In this document: in pieces, positions 9,616 through 19,070 of the stretch
How positions within the stretch are numbered: the stretch's first letter is position 1
Layout: every line of letters starts with the position of its first letter
NCBI GenBank assembly: GCA_050486305.1
Contig: JBJHDA010000001.1
Location: forward strand, 499,071-563,070
DNA length: 64,000 bases
Reading direction: 5' to 3'
DNA from: Candidatus Saccharimonadota bacterium
GTDB lineage: Bacteria; Patescibacteriota; Saccharimonadia; Saccharimonadales; SLHW01
Notes under the pieces: model-generated
The model's database searches: none
The model's input: the letters and a program-made list of their open reading frames with translations, nothing else
Told to the model about the DNA's origin: nothing
Program-made: the position numbers and the translations under genes

Positions 9616-10875
9616 ATGCAAGAATTTTTTCCGTTTTTTATTATTCTCTTGGTTGCTGTCGTCTTCTCCCAGATGTTCATGCGCATGCGGATACCTTGGG
9701 TCGTATCTCTTATCGTCGGGGGGATGGTTATCGGGCCAAATGGGCTGGGCTGGTTCGAGCCTGACAACACAATAGATTTCTTGGCGACGATCGGCTTAGT
9801 ATTCCTGATGTTCATGGCAGGACTTGAGTCAAAACTGTCCGACATGAAGGGAGTTAAAGGCAAAATTTTACTCGTCGGCACCCTAGCCGGACTGATACCC
9901 ACCGCTACTGGTATTGCTGTTGCGCTTGCCTTTGGCTACAACTGGACCACAGCAATCTTATTAGGCATCATTTTTATGTCATCGGCGATCGCTCTACTCG
10001 TACCTAGCTTTCAACAACACAACATTATGAATGCAGACTTAGGTAAGACGATTGTCGCTGCTGCCATTATTATCGATGCGATTAGCCTCCTGCTCTTATC
10101 TGTATTTTTGCAAGTTACGACCGGGAACGATGCGACAGTAAATTCGCTGCTTATTTATCCGTTCGCTTTAGTTATGCTGGGGCTGTTTGCATGGGTACTT
10201 CCAAAACTGCGCTGGGTCGCTACATCAGGCTTGGATCACGACGAGCAAGACTTGTTTGAGCGCGAGCTTCGCTTTACGGTCATGATCCTCATCGGCTTAG
10301 TAGTATTTTTTGAATTCGTCGGTTTGCACGCGATTATTGCTGGATTTTTCGCCGGAATGATTCTGTCGAAAACAATGACGAACTCACTCTTAAAAGCCAA
10401 GTTGCATGCAATTAGCTATGGCTTTTTTGTACCGGTATTTTTTGTCGTCGTTGGCGCAACAACTGATCTATCGGTGTTTGCCGACGGACTCCAGGCAAGT
10501 TTGCTCATGCTGGTTATTATTATTACGCTCATGACATCTAAGTACCTGAGCGGATATATCGGCGGTAAACTGAGCGGCTTTGATGACCGTTCGAGCTCAT
10601 TTATTGGCGCTTCGGTTATGCCGCAACTCTCTACTGCGTTAGCAGTGGCGTTCCTTGGGTTCGGCGAGGGTATATTGGATCAAGAGCTTCTCTCTGCAAT
10701 CGTGGGATTAGCGATAGCTACGAGCATCATTAGCCCAATCATCGTCAATAACATCGGCCGGAAAATTGCTATTGCAAAACCAGAGCCGACTGCAGAACCT
10801 GCGTCAGGTTCGGTTATTGTTGGTACTAAGGCCGCTCCTACTACGGTCACCGATCGGCCTCCGGATCAAGAGTGA
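9616..10875 (+). CDS. cation:proton antiporter (CPA2/Kef-NapA-type membrane domain)
   Basis: 419 aa, polytopic, with Na_H_exchanger-like motifs (GPNGLGW, LVFLMFMAGLE, AGFFAGMIL). There is no C-terminal TrkA/RCK domain. Confidence 0.85.
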   Translation: MQEFFPFFIILLVAVVFSQMFMRMRIPWVVSLIVGGMVIGPNGLGWFEPDNTIDFLATIGLVFLMFMAGLESKLSDMKGVKGKILLVGTLAGLIPTATGIAVALAFGYNWTTAILLGIIFMSSAIALLVPSFQQHNIMNADLGKTIVAAAIIIDAISLLLLSVFLQVTTGNDATVNSLLIYPFALVMLGLFAWVLPKLRWVATSGLDHDEQDLFERELRFTVMILIGLVVFFEFVGLHAIIAGFFAGMILSKTMTNSLLKAKLHAISYGFFVPVFFVVVGATTDLSVFADGLQASLLMLVIIITLMTSKYLSGYIGGKLSGFDDRSSSFIGASVMPQLSTALAVAFLGFGEGILDQELLSAIVGLAIATSIISPIIVNNIGRKIAIAKPEPTAEPASGSVIVGTKAAPTTVTDRPPDQE

Positions 10876-10898
10876 ACTGAGGACAATTTTATGCCACC

Positions 10899-11456
10899 TC
10901 AAACAAGAGGTACAAACGCATAACCGGGATACTCCCTGATCGAATGGCTCCCGTCTTTGTGCTTATCAAGAACGTAGATGCTGTCTTTCACCGGTATTAC
11001 AAGTCTTCCGTCCTTCACAAGCTGCGTCAACAGCCCCTCTGGTAGCTGAGGTGCAGCAGCGCTTACTAGTATACGATCATATGGGGCATGCTCAGGTAGC
11101 CCAGGTTCATCGCCCGCCGCATGAAACGATACATTTTCTACCCCTTGCTTGCGGCAATTTTCCCGTCCAAACACAACGAGTTCAGGCACCTTCTCGACAG
11201 CATATACCATCCCTGCTTCGCCAACTAAATGTGCCAATAATGCCGTCGTCCAACCTGAGCCAGAGCCAACATCTAATACCTTTTGGCCCGGCTGCACACC
11301 AAGCCAGTCCAGCATCCGCCGCACCGTTGACGGCTGGCTATTGGTTTGGTTAAACCCGACTGGCAGCGGCGCATCGAGGCCGGCAAGCGACCGTTGTTCA
11401 GGCGGCAGAAACTCTTTTCTTTGGTGCGCTCTAAACGCCTCGTCAATGTCCGGCAT
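10899..11456 (-). CDS. pcm: protein-L-isoaspartate O-methyltransferase
   Basis: 185 aa with PCMT signature blocks VLDVGSGSGWTTALLAHLVG, YAVEKVPELV, YDRILVSAAAPQLPEGL and GRLVIPV. Confidence 0.85.
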   Translation of the reverse strand: MPDIDEAFRAHQRKEFLPPEQRSLAGLDAPLPVGFNQTNSQPSTVRRMLDWLGVQPGQKVLDVGSGSGWTTALLAHLVGEAGMVYAVEKVPELVVFGRENCRKQGVENVSFHAAGDEPGLPEHAPYDRILVSAAAPQLPEGLLTQLVKDGRLVIPVKDSIYVLDKHKDGSHSIREYPGYAFVPLV

Positions 11457-11541
11457 AATTTACAGCCCTTTTGTTACATTATCTCAGCAGGCTATTGTAT
11501 CGTGGCAGCAAACGCATGTATTTATGTTATTTCACAGTTAG

Positions 11542-12030
11542 CTATTCCGCCGAACGTCTCTGCTGCTTCAGTTTCCGGCGCTCTCGTTCTGAGTACCCAC
11601 CCCACACACCGAACCTTTCGTCGTTATCGATAGCAAGCTCAAGACAGTCAGTCCTAACCGGGCACTCCGCACAAATTCGTTTCGCTTCTTTGGTGCTGCC
11701 ACCTCTTTCCGGAAAGAACACCTCCGGGTCAGCCGAGCCACACCTACCAAACTCTATGACTATTTCCCTTCTAACAGAAGTATCGCCGAGTAAGTCACGC
11801 AACCGCTGAAGGACTGCTGCTTCAGCAGAAGCCGCTTCGTGCTCGAGTACCTTCTGTGCGCCTTCTTCTAACGGGACGTGGTCATCAGCTTGCTCGGATA
11901 GCCCAGTGTTGCCAGGATCTTCCAGAGTATCGAGATACCCTATATCAAAGTCCGTAAACTCCATTTCAATACGCGGTAAGTCTGAACCTATTTTTTCGTA
12001 CATAAACGACCTCACTTTTTTGTTTGCCAC
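11542..12030 (-). CDS. WhiB-like (Wbl) Fe-S transcription factor with ~90-aa acidic N-terminal extension
   Basis: The C-terminal 70 aa carry the Wbl signature: four Cys (GRCGS ... CAECPVRTDC), the GVWGG turn and a basic tail (RERRKLKQQRR). Confidence 0.8.
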   Translation of the reverse strand: MANKKVRSFMYEKIGSDLPRIEMEFTDFDIGYLDTLEDPGNTGLSEQADDHVPLEEGAQKVLEHEAASAEAAVLQRLRDLLGDTSVRREIVIEFGRCGSADPEVFFPERGGSTKEAKRICAECPVRTDCLELAIDNDERFGVWGGYSERERRKLKQQRRSAE

Positions 12031-12110
12031 CCGTTATATAGCAGTGTAGCAAGTTTTTTAATTTTATATATTCTGTTGCAAAAAACACTTCGTGATATTG
12101 TAGGTATACT

Positions 12111-12764
12111 ATGCGGCACAATCTCTCCTACTATGTACCCTGGCTGCTTTTTGGTATTGTGCTCATTGTTCCCTTTCTTGGCTGGCTCAATACGTATGAG
12201 TGGAATCCTGTGTTTACAGCACGAAGCTTATTTCCGTTACTTGGCGTGTGGGCCTGGAGTATCATGTGGACGCATTACGCCTATGGCTACCTGCGGCTGA
12301 CGTCACCTGAGGTTTTTAAAAAGAATGAAGCCTACTCTAGAGTATCTGCCTGGTTCGTGCTTGCGTTCCTGCTGCTGCATCCACTGCTTCTCGCCTGGTC
12401 GCAGTTTCAGGCACTTGGGCTATTCCCGACTGAGAGCTATTACGTTGGCGTAGCACCGACATTGCGCATATTTGTTACGTTCGGCCTTATCGCGCTGCCG
12501 ATTTTCTTGTCATACGAAATATTTATGAGACTGCGCGGCGCAAACTGGGTAAAACGGATATGGGGCTGGATAAGTCTCACTCAAATTACGGCGATGGTTC
12601 TTATTTTTACCCATGGGATCTCTATCGGACAGACTGTCCTACGCGGCTGGACGCTTGGCTACTGGATACTGCTCGGCGTACTCCTCGTGCCAGCATTTTA
12701 TGTGGTTGGTAAGGATGATTGGCGCCAACAACAATCGGCTCGTTCTGAAAAAACTACTCCTTGA
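12111..12764 (+). CDS. polytopic membrane protein (possible ferric-reductase-like heme-binding TM domain)
   Basis: 217 aa with about 6 TM helices and conserved-looking His in the helices (WTHYAYG, LLLHPLL, IFTHGISIG). The family call is tentative. Confidence 0.5.
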   Translation: MRHNLSYYVPWLLFGIVLIVPFLGWLNTYEWNPVFTARSLFPLLGVWAWSIMWTHYAYGYLRLTSPEVFKKNEAYSRVSAWFVLAFLLLHPLLLAWSQFQALGLFPTESYYVGVAPTLRIFVTFGLIALPIFLSYEIFMRLRGANWVKRIWGWISLTQITAMVLIFTHGISIGQTVLRGWTLGYWILLGVLLVPAFYVVGKDDWRQQQSARSEKTTP

Positions 12765-12795
12765 CATACTTGTGTTTTGATGTTATTATGATACC

Positions 12796-13788
12796 ATGAG
12801 CGATATTGTTGGTCCTGAAGATTTCGCGCGCAGAAGACGAGAGCACGAAGAGAGGCGAAAGCTGGCGGAGAGTGAGGCTGACATTACATCAGGCCACCCT
12901 TCCCAGGCCGGGAGAAGACTTGCTGCAGAAATTATTCGGCTCATCCCAAATGAAGAGCAATCTCCCCCTCCAGCAGTATCAAATAGCTTTAACCGAATCG
13001 TCTACAAATCTATCCGCGGCGTAATTTCTACTAGAGAAAATACGAACCAACCGACTGAGCAAACAGAGCAGAAAAACGAGACAAGTTCTGACTATTCACC
13101 TACATCGACGCTTCGTGAAACGCTTTTACTTGACTCGAAAACGCTGCAAGGCATCAGCAACAAGTTAGCTGCGGAATACCAAACCGCATATATACCTTTA
13201 TTTGAGTTAGCGGATGACAGTGCGCCGGCTAGGCAACAGATCGCCGTAGTTTCGCATGTTCGCTCAAGCGCTGAAGTGCGAACCAGAAAGTGGCTCGGCA
13301 GCATCACCCAATCCATAGCAGAAAAATCGTCCGACTCAGGACAACTTTTGGACGATTACCCGAACTGGCAAAATACGGTTCAAAGCTTGGCAGAAAGAGC
13401 TCGCACCTCAGTTGACCGTACTGCAGCTGCAGACGTGATACAAAGACTCTCAGACACCCCCCCTTCCACGTACACTAATGTCATCCAGCCACATCGATAT
13501 GCAGCCTGGCTCGCAACAGAGGCAACGATAGACTTCTACCATGAATATGCGTCTTCCCTGGATCGTCTGATTTTTGCCGGCACCGACGAGGAGCTAAGGG
13601 CGGCTATGGTTGATGTCGACCAGCGTCGGCTCATAGAGGCTACGCATTCACAAGCCGGACAGCGGCCTAACAAAATCAGTGCCGGAATACTCATAGACAT
13701 GGCTGGGGCAGCCACTCCTTACCGTGAGACTGAGGCACTCGATTATCAAAATAGGCTTCTTGCGGAAGCGAACCAGCGAGAACTCTGA
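12796..13788 (+). CDS. hypothetical protein
   Basis: A 330-aa ORF with no overlapping better ORF. It is soluble and I recognise no motifs. Confidence 0.55.
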   Translation: MSDIVGPEDFARRRREHEERRKLAESEADITSGHPSQAGRRLAAEIIRLIPNEEQSPPPAVSNSFNRIVYKSIRGVISTRENTNQPTEQTEQKNETSSDYSPTSTLRETLLLDSKTLQGISNKLAAEYQTAYIPLFELADDSAPARQQIAVVSHVRSSAEVRTRKWLGSITQSIAEKSSDSGQLLDDYPNWQNTVQSLAERARTSVDRTAAADVIQRLSDTPPSTYTNVIQPHRYAAWLATEATIDFYHEYASSLDRLIFAGTDEELRAAMVDVDQRRLIEATHSQAGQRPNKISAGILIDMAGAATPYRETEALDYQNRLLAEANQREL

Positions 13789-13804
13789 TACAATAAACGG
13801 CAAG

Positions 13805-14896
13805 ATGGGAACACAGAAGACTGACCGCAAGGTGCAGACTCGACCGCTCGGTATCGCAGCACTCGTTGCGCTCATAGTGGGCGCGATCTTCTTGACACCG
13901 TTTTTTGGCGTTATTGTCACTTCTGTCATTTTGGCCTTTAGCTTTTCGCCGATAAACAGGTGGTTCACGAAACGTACCAAGCGCCCGCATAGTGCGCCGC
14001 TGTTGACGCTGTTGACCGCCTTTTTTATGGTCGTGATTCCACTTGTGCTTATCCTTGGAGTCACCGTTGCTCAAACACGTACGTTGGCTGGCGAGCTGCA
14101 AGAGACAGTAAACGAACTGACTGTGGGCAGAGACACCGAAGAGCTGGTTTTACAAGTAAACCAAACACTGTATACCGTAACTGGCGGCTTAGTCGATGTA
14201 AGTAAAGAGGAAATTATCAGCTTCGCCTCGACCGCGGGTGCGGAGATTGCAAATGGACTCATCCGCATCATTACAAATGTTATCGGCAGCATCCCGGCGA
14301 TGCTAACAGCCGTCGTGCTGTTCATTTATATATTCCTAGCGGTACTTACGTACCAAAAACAAATCATGCGTTTTATTAAACGGCTCAACCCGCTAGGTGA
14401 TGATGTGTACGACCTATACGTTTCACGGACCGCAGCCATGACGAACGGAATGGTGCGCGGGCAATTCCTTATTGCACTTGTACAAGGCATCGTCGGTACG
14501 GCAACATTCGCGATTGCCGGTGTTCCATATCTGGCATTTTTCTTTTTGCTGCTTACGTTCCTGTCAATCATACCGCTCGGAAGCGGGATTGTAAGCTTGC
14601 CGGTAGGTATCATTCTGTTGGCTACCGGAAATATATGGCAAGGACTTGTTGTTTTGCTTGGCCATCTTCTTATCGTTGGGAATATCGATAATATATTGCG
14701 TCCGATTCTCATTCCGAAGGCAGCCAGGTTGCCATCAGCCCTCACATTAATCGGTGTGTTTGCCGGATTAGCAATGTTTGGCTTTTTGGGTATTATCATC
14801 GGGCCGGTGTTAATCATACTGATATTGACAACTCTTGAGGTTTACATAGCGAACAAAGAAATGACGGAAAAGCCGGCTAAAGCCGTCACGAAATAA
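13805..14896 (+). CDS. AI-2E family transporter (PerM/YhhT-like)
   Basis: The start is moved from 13724 to the ATG at 13805, which avoids overlap with the previous gene. It is polytopic with an AI-2E-like C-terminal core (GIVGTATFAIAGVPYLAFFFLL, IPLGSGIVSLP, ILRPIL). Confidence 0.8.
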   Translation: MGTQKTDRKVQTRPLGIAALVALIVGAIFLTPFFGVIVTSVILAFSFSPINRWFTKRTKRPHSAPLLTLLTAFFMVVIPLVLILGVTVAQTRTLAGELQETVNELTVGRDTEELVLQVNQTLYTVTGGLVDVSKEEIISFASTAGAEIANGLIRIITNVIGSIPAMLTAVVLFIYIFLAVLTYQKQIMRFIKRLNPLGDDVYDLYVSRTAAMTNGMVRGQFLIALVQGIVGTATFAIAGVPYLAFFFLLLTFLSIIPLGSGIVSLPVGIILLATGNIWQGLVVLLGHLLIVGNIDNILRPILIPKAARLPSALTLIGVFAGLAMFGFLGIIIGPVLIILILTTLEVYIANKEMTEKPAKAVTK

Positions 14897-14913
14897 ATAA
14901 TTAAGCGGAGCCA

Positions 14914-15888
14914 ATGAACAAACCATCCCGAGGGGAAAATAAGCCAACATTGCTACGAGACTCAAAAGTAGTAGGCACTTCGGTGCTCGTGAGCATATCT
15001 GATGTTGCGATAAATGCCATCGTCGCCGTAATTACCGGTAGCGTGGTTATGCTGTCGCAAGCCCTCCAGGGACTGTCGGACCTTATTACAACTAGCCTGC
15101 TGTACCGCGGCGTAAAAGTCAGCCGGCGTAAACGTGACGAGAAGCACCACTTCGGGTATGGCAGAGAATTATTTTTTTGGGTTATCATAGCCGGCGTATT
15201 CATGTTCTTTGGGACAGGGATGTTGTCGATATTTTTTGGCGTCCGTCAATTCCTCGACCCTCAACCATTACAAGATATATCGATTGCCCTGGTTGTTCTT
15301 GTTATCAGTTTCTTAGCAAACGCTTATGCGTTCTCATTGAGTGTCCGTCGTTTGCGGCAACACCTACCAAAAGGATCGTGGTGGAAAAGTGTTAGGGCAT
15401 CCTCGCTCATTGAAACGAAATCAACTTTCCTGATCGACTTTCTGGGAACGTTGGCAGCAGTGGTCGGATTCTTAGCACTTGGCTTGTTTATTACTACCGG
15501 CAATAGTCAGTTCGACGGATTAGGCGGTATCGTGATAGGTGGACTGATGATGATCGGCTCGAGCTTCATCGTCTTTGACGTAAAAGGCTTGATTGTCGGA
15601 CGCGCCGTCCCAAGGGAGACCGCACAAAAAATCAACGTCGCCGCACTAAGTATTCAGCACGTGTCCCGTGTACTCGACCTACGGACCACTTACATCGGAT
15701 CAAATAAGCTACTTATCATCATTGAGGTGCACCTTGATGACCGATTAAAAACTGACGAGATCGAGATTGTCGGCGATGAAATAAAAGCCTCGATTCGCCA
15801 GGCCATCCCACAGGCAAGTGTTGTTCAGGTGGAGGTAGAGACTCCGGACGAAGAGCTTTCCGCCCACGGCGAAAGGCATCAGCAGTGA
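14914..15888 (+). CDS. cation diffusion facilitator (CDF) family transporter
   Basis: 324 aa with six TM helices and a CDF signature region (SDVAINAIVAVITGSVVMLSQALQGLSDL ... HHFGYGR). It has a C-terminal cytoplasmic domain. Confidence 0.85.
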   Translation: MNKPSRGENKPTLLRDSKVVGTSVLVSISDVAINAIVAVITGSVVMLSQALQGLSDLITTSLLYRGVKVSRRKRDEKHHFGYGRELFFWVIIAGVFMFFGTGMLSIFFGVRQFLDPQPLQDISIALVVLVISFLANAYAFSLSVRRLRQHLPKGSWWKSVRASSLIETKSTFLIDFLGTLAAVVGFLALGLFITTGNSQFDGLGGIVIGGLMMIGSSFIVFDVKGLIVGRAVPRETAQKINVAALSIQHVSRVLDLRTTYIGSNKLLIIIEVHLDDRLKTDEIEIVGDEIKASIRQAIPQASVVQVEVETPDEELSAHGERHQQ

Positions 15889-16553
15889 GTAAACGCGCGG
15901 TGCTTAAGTTTTCCCTGCTCGTCCTCCTGGTATTGCTCGCTTTTTTTGGCGTTAATCAATACGAAATATTTAATAACGTTAACGTTGTGAGATGGCAAGA
16001 TGGCATCCAGAACCTCGGCATCTGGGCGCCGATCGGCTTTATACTGCTCTACACAATCGGAACGATCGTTTTTCTGCCTGGTACGATTTTTACGCTGATC
16101 GGCGGCGCGGCATTTGGTGTGTTTTGGGGCAGCATTCTCGGCATCATTGCAGCTACGTGTGGAGCTCTCGGCGCACATTTTACTGCACGCCTGCTCGGCA
16201 AGGACTTTATTGACTCGCTCGTTATGAATAATTTCAAACGGCTACATCGGTACAATAATAAAATCGCTTCTGAAGGCTTCCTTACAATACTCATACTTCG
16301 GCTGACTCCGTTTATCCCGTATAACATCTTGAATCTCGCGTTGGCTTACTCGCCGGTAAAAACCAGGGATTATACCCTGGCAACCGCAGCCGGTATCGCA
16401 CCGGGAATCATAGCGTATGTTTACCTTGGTGAGGCGGTAGCCACCCTTTCTCTGCGTAATATTATTTTTGGTGTTTTTGGCATATTGCTCTACATGGTTT
16501 TTACCGCAGCGCTTGTTTGGCGGGTGCGACAAGCAAGGATAGCTACAAAATAA
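15885..16553 (+). CDS. TVP38/TMEM64 (DedA-related) family membrane protein
   Basis: 222 aa with motifs PGTIFTLIGGAAFG and RLTPFIPYNILNLALAYSPV. It overlaps the CDF stop by 4 nt. Confidence 0.8.
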   Translation: MSKRAVLKFSLLVLLVLLAFFGVNQYEIFNNVNVVRWQDGIQNLGIWAPIGFILLYTIGTIVFLPGTIFTLIGGAAFGVFWGSILGIIAATCGALGAHFTARLLGKDFIDSLVMNNFKRLHRYNNKIASEGFLTILILRLTPFIPYNILNLALAYSPVKTRDYTLATAAGIAPGIIAYVYLGEAVATLSLRNIIFGVFGILLYMVFTAALVWRVRQARIATK

Positions 16554-16571
16554 CCCGAATCCAAGCTGCAA

Positions 16572-18320
16572 TTAGATACGGGTGGAGAGTCTCCGCTTCA
16601 CGTTAAGCAGTATGCGCTTAGCATCGAGCCGCCACTCCCATCCTCCATATAGAAGTACTGACCCGAGCACAAAGCCGGACAGCAGCCAGTTGGCGTTATC
16701 TGATGATGCTGCAACGTGAACGTCTTGTACTCCCATCGTTTCACTGTTCGGCTCGACAACATTCCGGCAGCGGTTCGTTTCTGGATTTCGTTCTTGGCCC
16801 GGGCCACAAGGGACCAAGTCGGTTGAAGCAGAAGATATTGAGCGGCAGCGATTCGTCTCTGGATTGCGTTCTTGACCTTCACCGCACGGTACGAGCTGGC
16901 TCGCTTGATTTATGTTCCGGCAGCGGTTCGTTTCTGGATTTCGCTCCTGTCCTGGCCCACATGGAACGAACTGACTGGCTGCAGCTGCTACGTTACGGCA
17001 GCGATTCGTCTCTGGATTGCGTTCTTGACCCTCTGGACACGGCGATAGTGTTTCTGTTGACGATTCTATGTTCCGGCAACGGTTCGTATCAGGATTACGC
17101 TCCTGGCCTTCTGGGCAAGGACGAAGCGGCATCTCCTCGTTCTCCTGATGCGGGGTAGTGCTGTACGTAATCTCCCAGGTATCGTTGCCGAACCAAGACC
17201 ATGACGCCGCTTCGGGCATACCAGCAGGGTACGTCTGTGTATCAGCCTCCTTCTGGTCTGTCGTTAGTAAATAGACAGTACCGCTTGGAGCTACCGGCAG
17301 CTGTACATCTGTTTCACCCTCGTAAAACGCTCTGTACTCATGGCCATCCAGCTTATCATCCTCTGTAAACCAGTAAATTGTAGTGTTTGCGCTAGACTGA
17401 AGCCCGCAACCGTACAAGCTTACCGTATCGTTTGTTGTATTGTGAAGCTCGATAAAAGCGTGTTCAGCTCTTGGGAACTCGCTTCTCGGTCCTTGAGGAT
17501 TTGGCAAGAGCTCTGAAAAAACAATACCGTCACAGTAATCGGTGTCCGTAGGAGTATTTTCGTCGGGATCTGTTTTTTCATCTTCAGGATTGTCTTGCTC
17601 GTTGCTGTCGCCTTCATCATCATGGCTGCCATTGTCCGTATCGTCTTCGCCTGGCGCATCGGGCTCATCACAAGCAGCCGCTTGCCATGGGCTAGGCTGA
17701 CTTGAAATAAAAAAGTCCTCTGCATTATTTTCAGAATTCACTAAACCTTCATCACTGAAACATCGGAATAACGAAGTATCAGGGTCTTCGAGCGACAGTG
17801 CTGGCTCCTCCTGGTAATACGTAGCAGATCCGTACCCGACCAAATCAGCAACTTCTTCTGAATCATCTAAAAGCAGAACGCTCCCGTCATGATAGTTCAA
17901 GTACCCGCTGGCAAAACGGCCTTCAATATAATAATCAGCTTCTGGCAGATAGTCCTCATAGCTAATCACAAAGAACTCCTTTGGTGGGATTTTTATAGCA
18001 GTGCTTTCTGTGTCATGAAATGCAGCAACGACACGAGTGGTGGTACCAGCCTGATTTATAAACTCAAGCCGCCAGCCATCAATAGAAACGTACTCATCGT
18101 GTGGATTGTAAAGTTCCACGAACTCCATGGTTCCGTCCGTCGACAGCTCACCATCCTCGTCCAGCAACGATCCGTGTGTTTGTAGCTCCGTAATAAAAAC
18201 GCTCGCTGCTGATTCACTATTGCTGTCGGCCTCAGCGAGAACAGAGCGAAAGGCTGCGGCTGGCCAGCTAAGCGCTAAGATAAATGCGATAAACAAGTGT
18301 GCTATAGCTTGTCTTTTCAT
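16572..18320 (-). CDS. secreted, C-terminally membrane-anchored protein with two lamin-tail domains and five Cys-pair repeats
   Basis: It has a signal peptide (ALSWPAAAFRS) and two LTD-like modules (VFITEL...MEFVELYNPHDEYVSIDGWRLEF; IVFSELLPNP...AFIELHNTTNDTVSLYGCGL). An acidic linker separates them. Five copies of C-[PG]-x-GQERNP-[ED]-TNRCR follow, then a terminal TM helix. Confidence 0.8.
   Translation of the reverse strand: MKRQAIAHLFIAFILALSWPAAAFRSVLAEADSNSESAASVFITELQTHGSLLDEDGELSTDGTMEFVELYNPHDEYVSIDGWRLEFINQAGTTTRVVAAFHDTESTAIKIPPKEFFVISYEDYLPEADYYIEGRFASGYLNYHDGSVLLLDDSEEVADLVGYGSATYYQEEPALSLEDPDTSLFRCFSDEGLVNSENNAEDFFISSQPSPWQAAACDEPDAPGEDDTDNGSHDDEGDSNEQDNPEDEKTDPDENTPTDTDYCDGIVFSELLPNPQGPRSEFPRAEHAFIELHNTTNDTVSLYGCGLQSSANTTIYWFTEDDKLDGHEYRAFYEGETDVQLPVAPSGTVYLLTTDQKEADTQTYPAGMPEAASWSWFGNDTWEITYSTTPHQENEEMPLRPCPEGQERNPDTNRCRNIESSTETLSPCPEGQERNPETNRCRNVAAAASQFVPCGPGQERNPETNRCRNINQASQLVPCGEGQERNPETNRCRSISSASTDLVPCGPGQERNPETNRCRNVVEPNSETMGVQDVHVAASSDNANWLLSGFVLGSVLLYGGWEWRLDAKRILLNVKRRLSTRI
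16758..17120 (-). repeat. five in-frame tandem repeats (72-78 bp period) encoding C-x-x-GQERNPxTNRC units
   Basis: The DNA core cggcagcg[ga]ttcgt[tc]tctggatt[tg]cg recurs near 16764, 16846, 16917, 16995 and 17073. The codon phase is preserved. Confidence 0.9.
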
Positions 18321-18377
18321 ATATGGCCCTCATGGTAACGCTTACGCTTTTAAAATTCAAACGAGCGGTGAGGTATA

Positions 18378-19070
18378 ATGAATGACATGTCTCAAATATA
18401 CTGCAGCAACTGCGGAAAACTCATTGCCTCATCAGCGAACTACTGCCAGTTTTGCGGCACTGCGCAGCATGGCATTGAAGCAATGACCCAAAAATCCATG
18501 CATAGGCAAAACCAGCACACCCACCCACAGCAAACGACGCCACAAAACAATCACGTACAAAAAACCATTGAAAAACGGCGACTGTGCCCAAGAGCGATGT
18601 GGTCATTCTTTTTAAGCTACATAGGTAAAACCAGCCTACTATTACTCCTTTTTCTGCTCGGCAGCTTCTTTGAGCCGCTGCTTTTCGGTCCGCTATTACT
18701 CGGGTACGTGCTGGTGCTTTATATTACTGCCGTTATCGTGCATCAAAATTATTATTTTGAAGTAAATGGATCCTCATTCAGAAAAGAGCATGGCGTTATC
18801 CATAAAACTGACGTGACAATTCCGTTCAATCGGATACAAAACGTGAACATTACCCGAAGTTTAAGTGACCGGATTCTCGGTCTCGCCAGAGTAGACATCG
18901 AGACTGCGGGGAGTTCTGCAATTAAAAAACGCAATATTGCAGGTGGAAGCTCCACAAAAGCAGAGGGACATTTGCCTGGTATAACCATGCCTCAGGCACG
19001 TGAAATTCACGACCTACTGATTGAACGTTTTAGCCAATACCAAAACCACCCCGGATCGAGCAGCCCTTAA
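18378..19070 (+). CDS. zinc-ribbon / bacterial PH (bPH_2, YdbS/YdbT-like) domain membrane protein
   Basis: It has an N-terminal CxxC...CxxC ribbon (YCSNCGKLIASSANYCQFCG) and two TM helices. These are followed by a bPH_2-like block (FRKEHGVIHKTDVTIPFNRIQNVNITRSLSDRILGLARVDIETAG). Confidence 0.7.
   Translation: MNDMSQIYCSNCGKLIASSANYCQFCGTAQHGIEAMTQKSMHRQNQHTHPQQTTPQNNHVQKTIEKRRLCPRAMWSFFLSYIGKTSLLLLLFLLGSFFEPLLFGPLLLGYVLVLYITAVIVHQNYYFEVNGSSFRKEHGVIHKTDVTIPFNRIQNVNITRSLSDRILGLARVDIETAGSSAIKKRNIAGGSSTKAEGHLPGITMPQAREIHDLLIERFSQYQNHPGSSSP

Noticed and set aside
11051-11809. Cluster of plus-strand ORFs (11051-11353, 11149-11541, 11346-11633, 11471-11809)
   Set aside because: All are antisense to the well-supported pcm and WhiB-like genes. 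They are Ser/Pro/Arg-rich as expected for shadow frames and have no motifs.
13648-14101. Two minus-strand ORFs (136-138 aa) overlapping the end of the 330-aa hypothetical gene and the start of the AI-2E transporter
   Set aside because: They are antisense to a well-supported transporter gene and have Arg/Cys-rich shadow-frame composition.
16703-17158. Periodic ~75-bp repeats that could superficially resemble a repeat-spacer array, plus a 151-aa antisense ORF
   Set aside because: The repeats are in frame within the 582-aa LTD protein and encode a conserved Cys-pair peptide motif. The 'spacers' are also coding and similar in length, so this is not a CRISPR array. The antisense ORF is a shadow.
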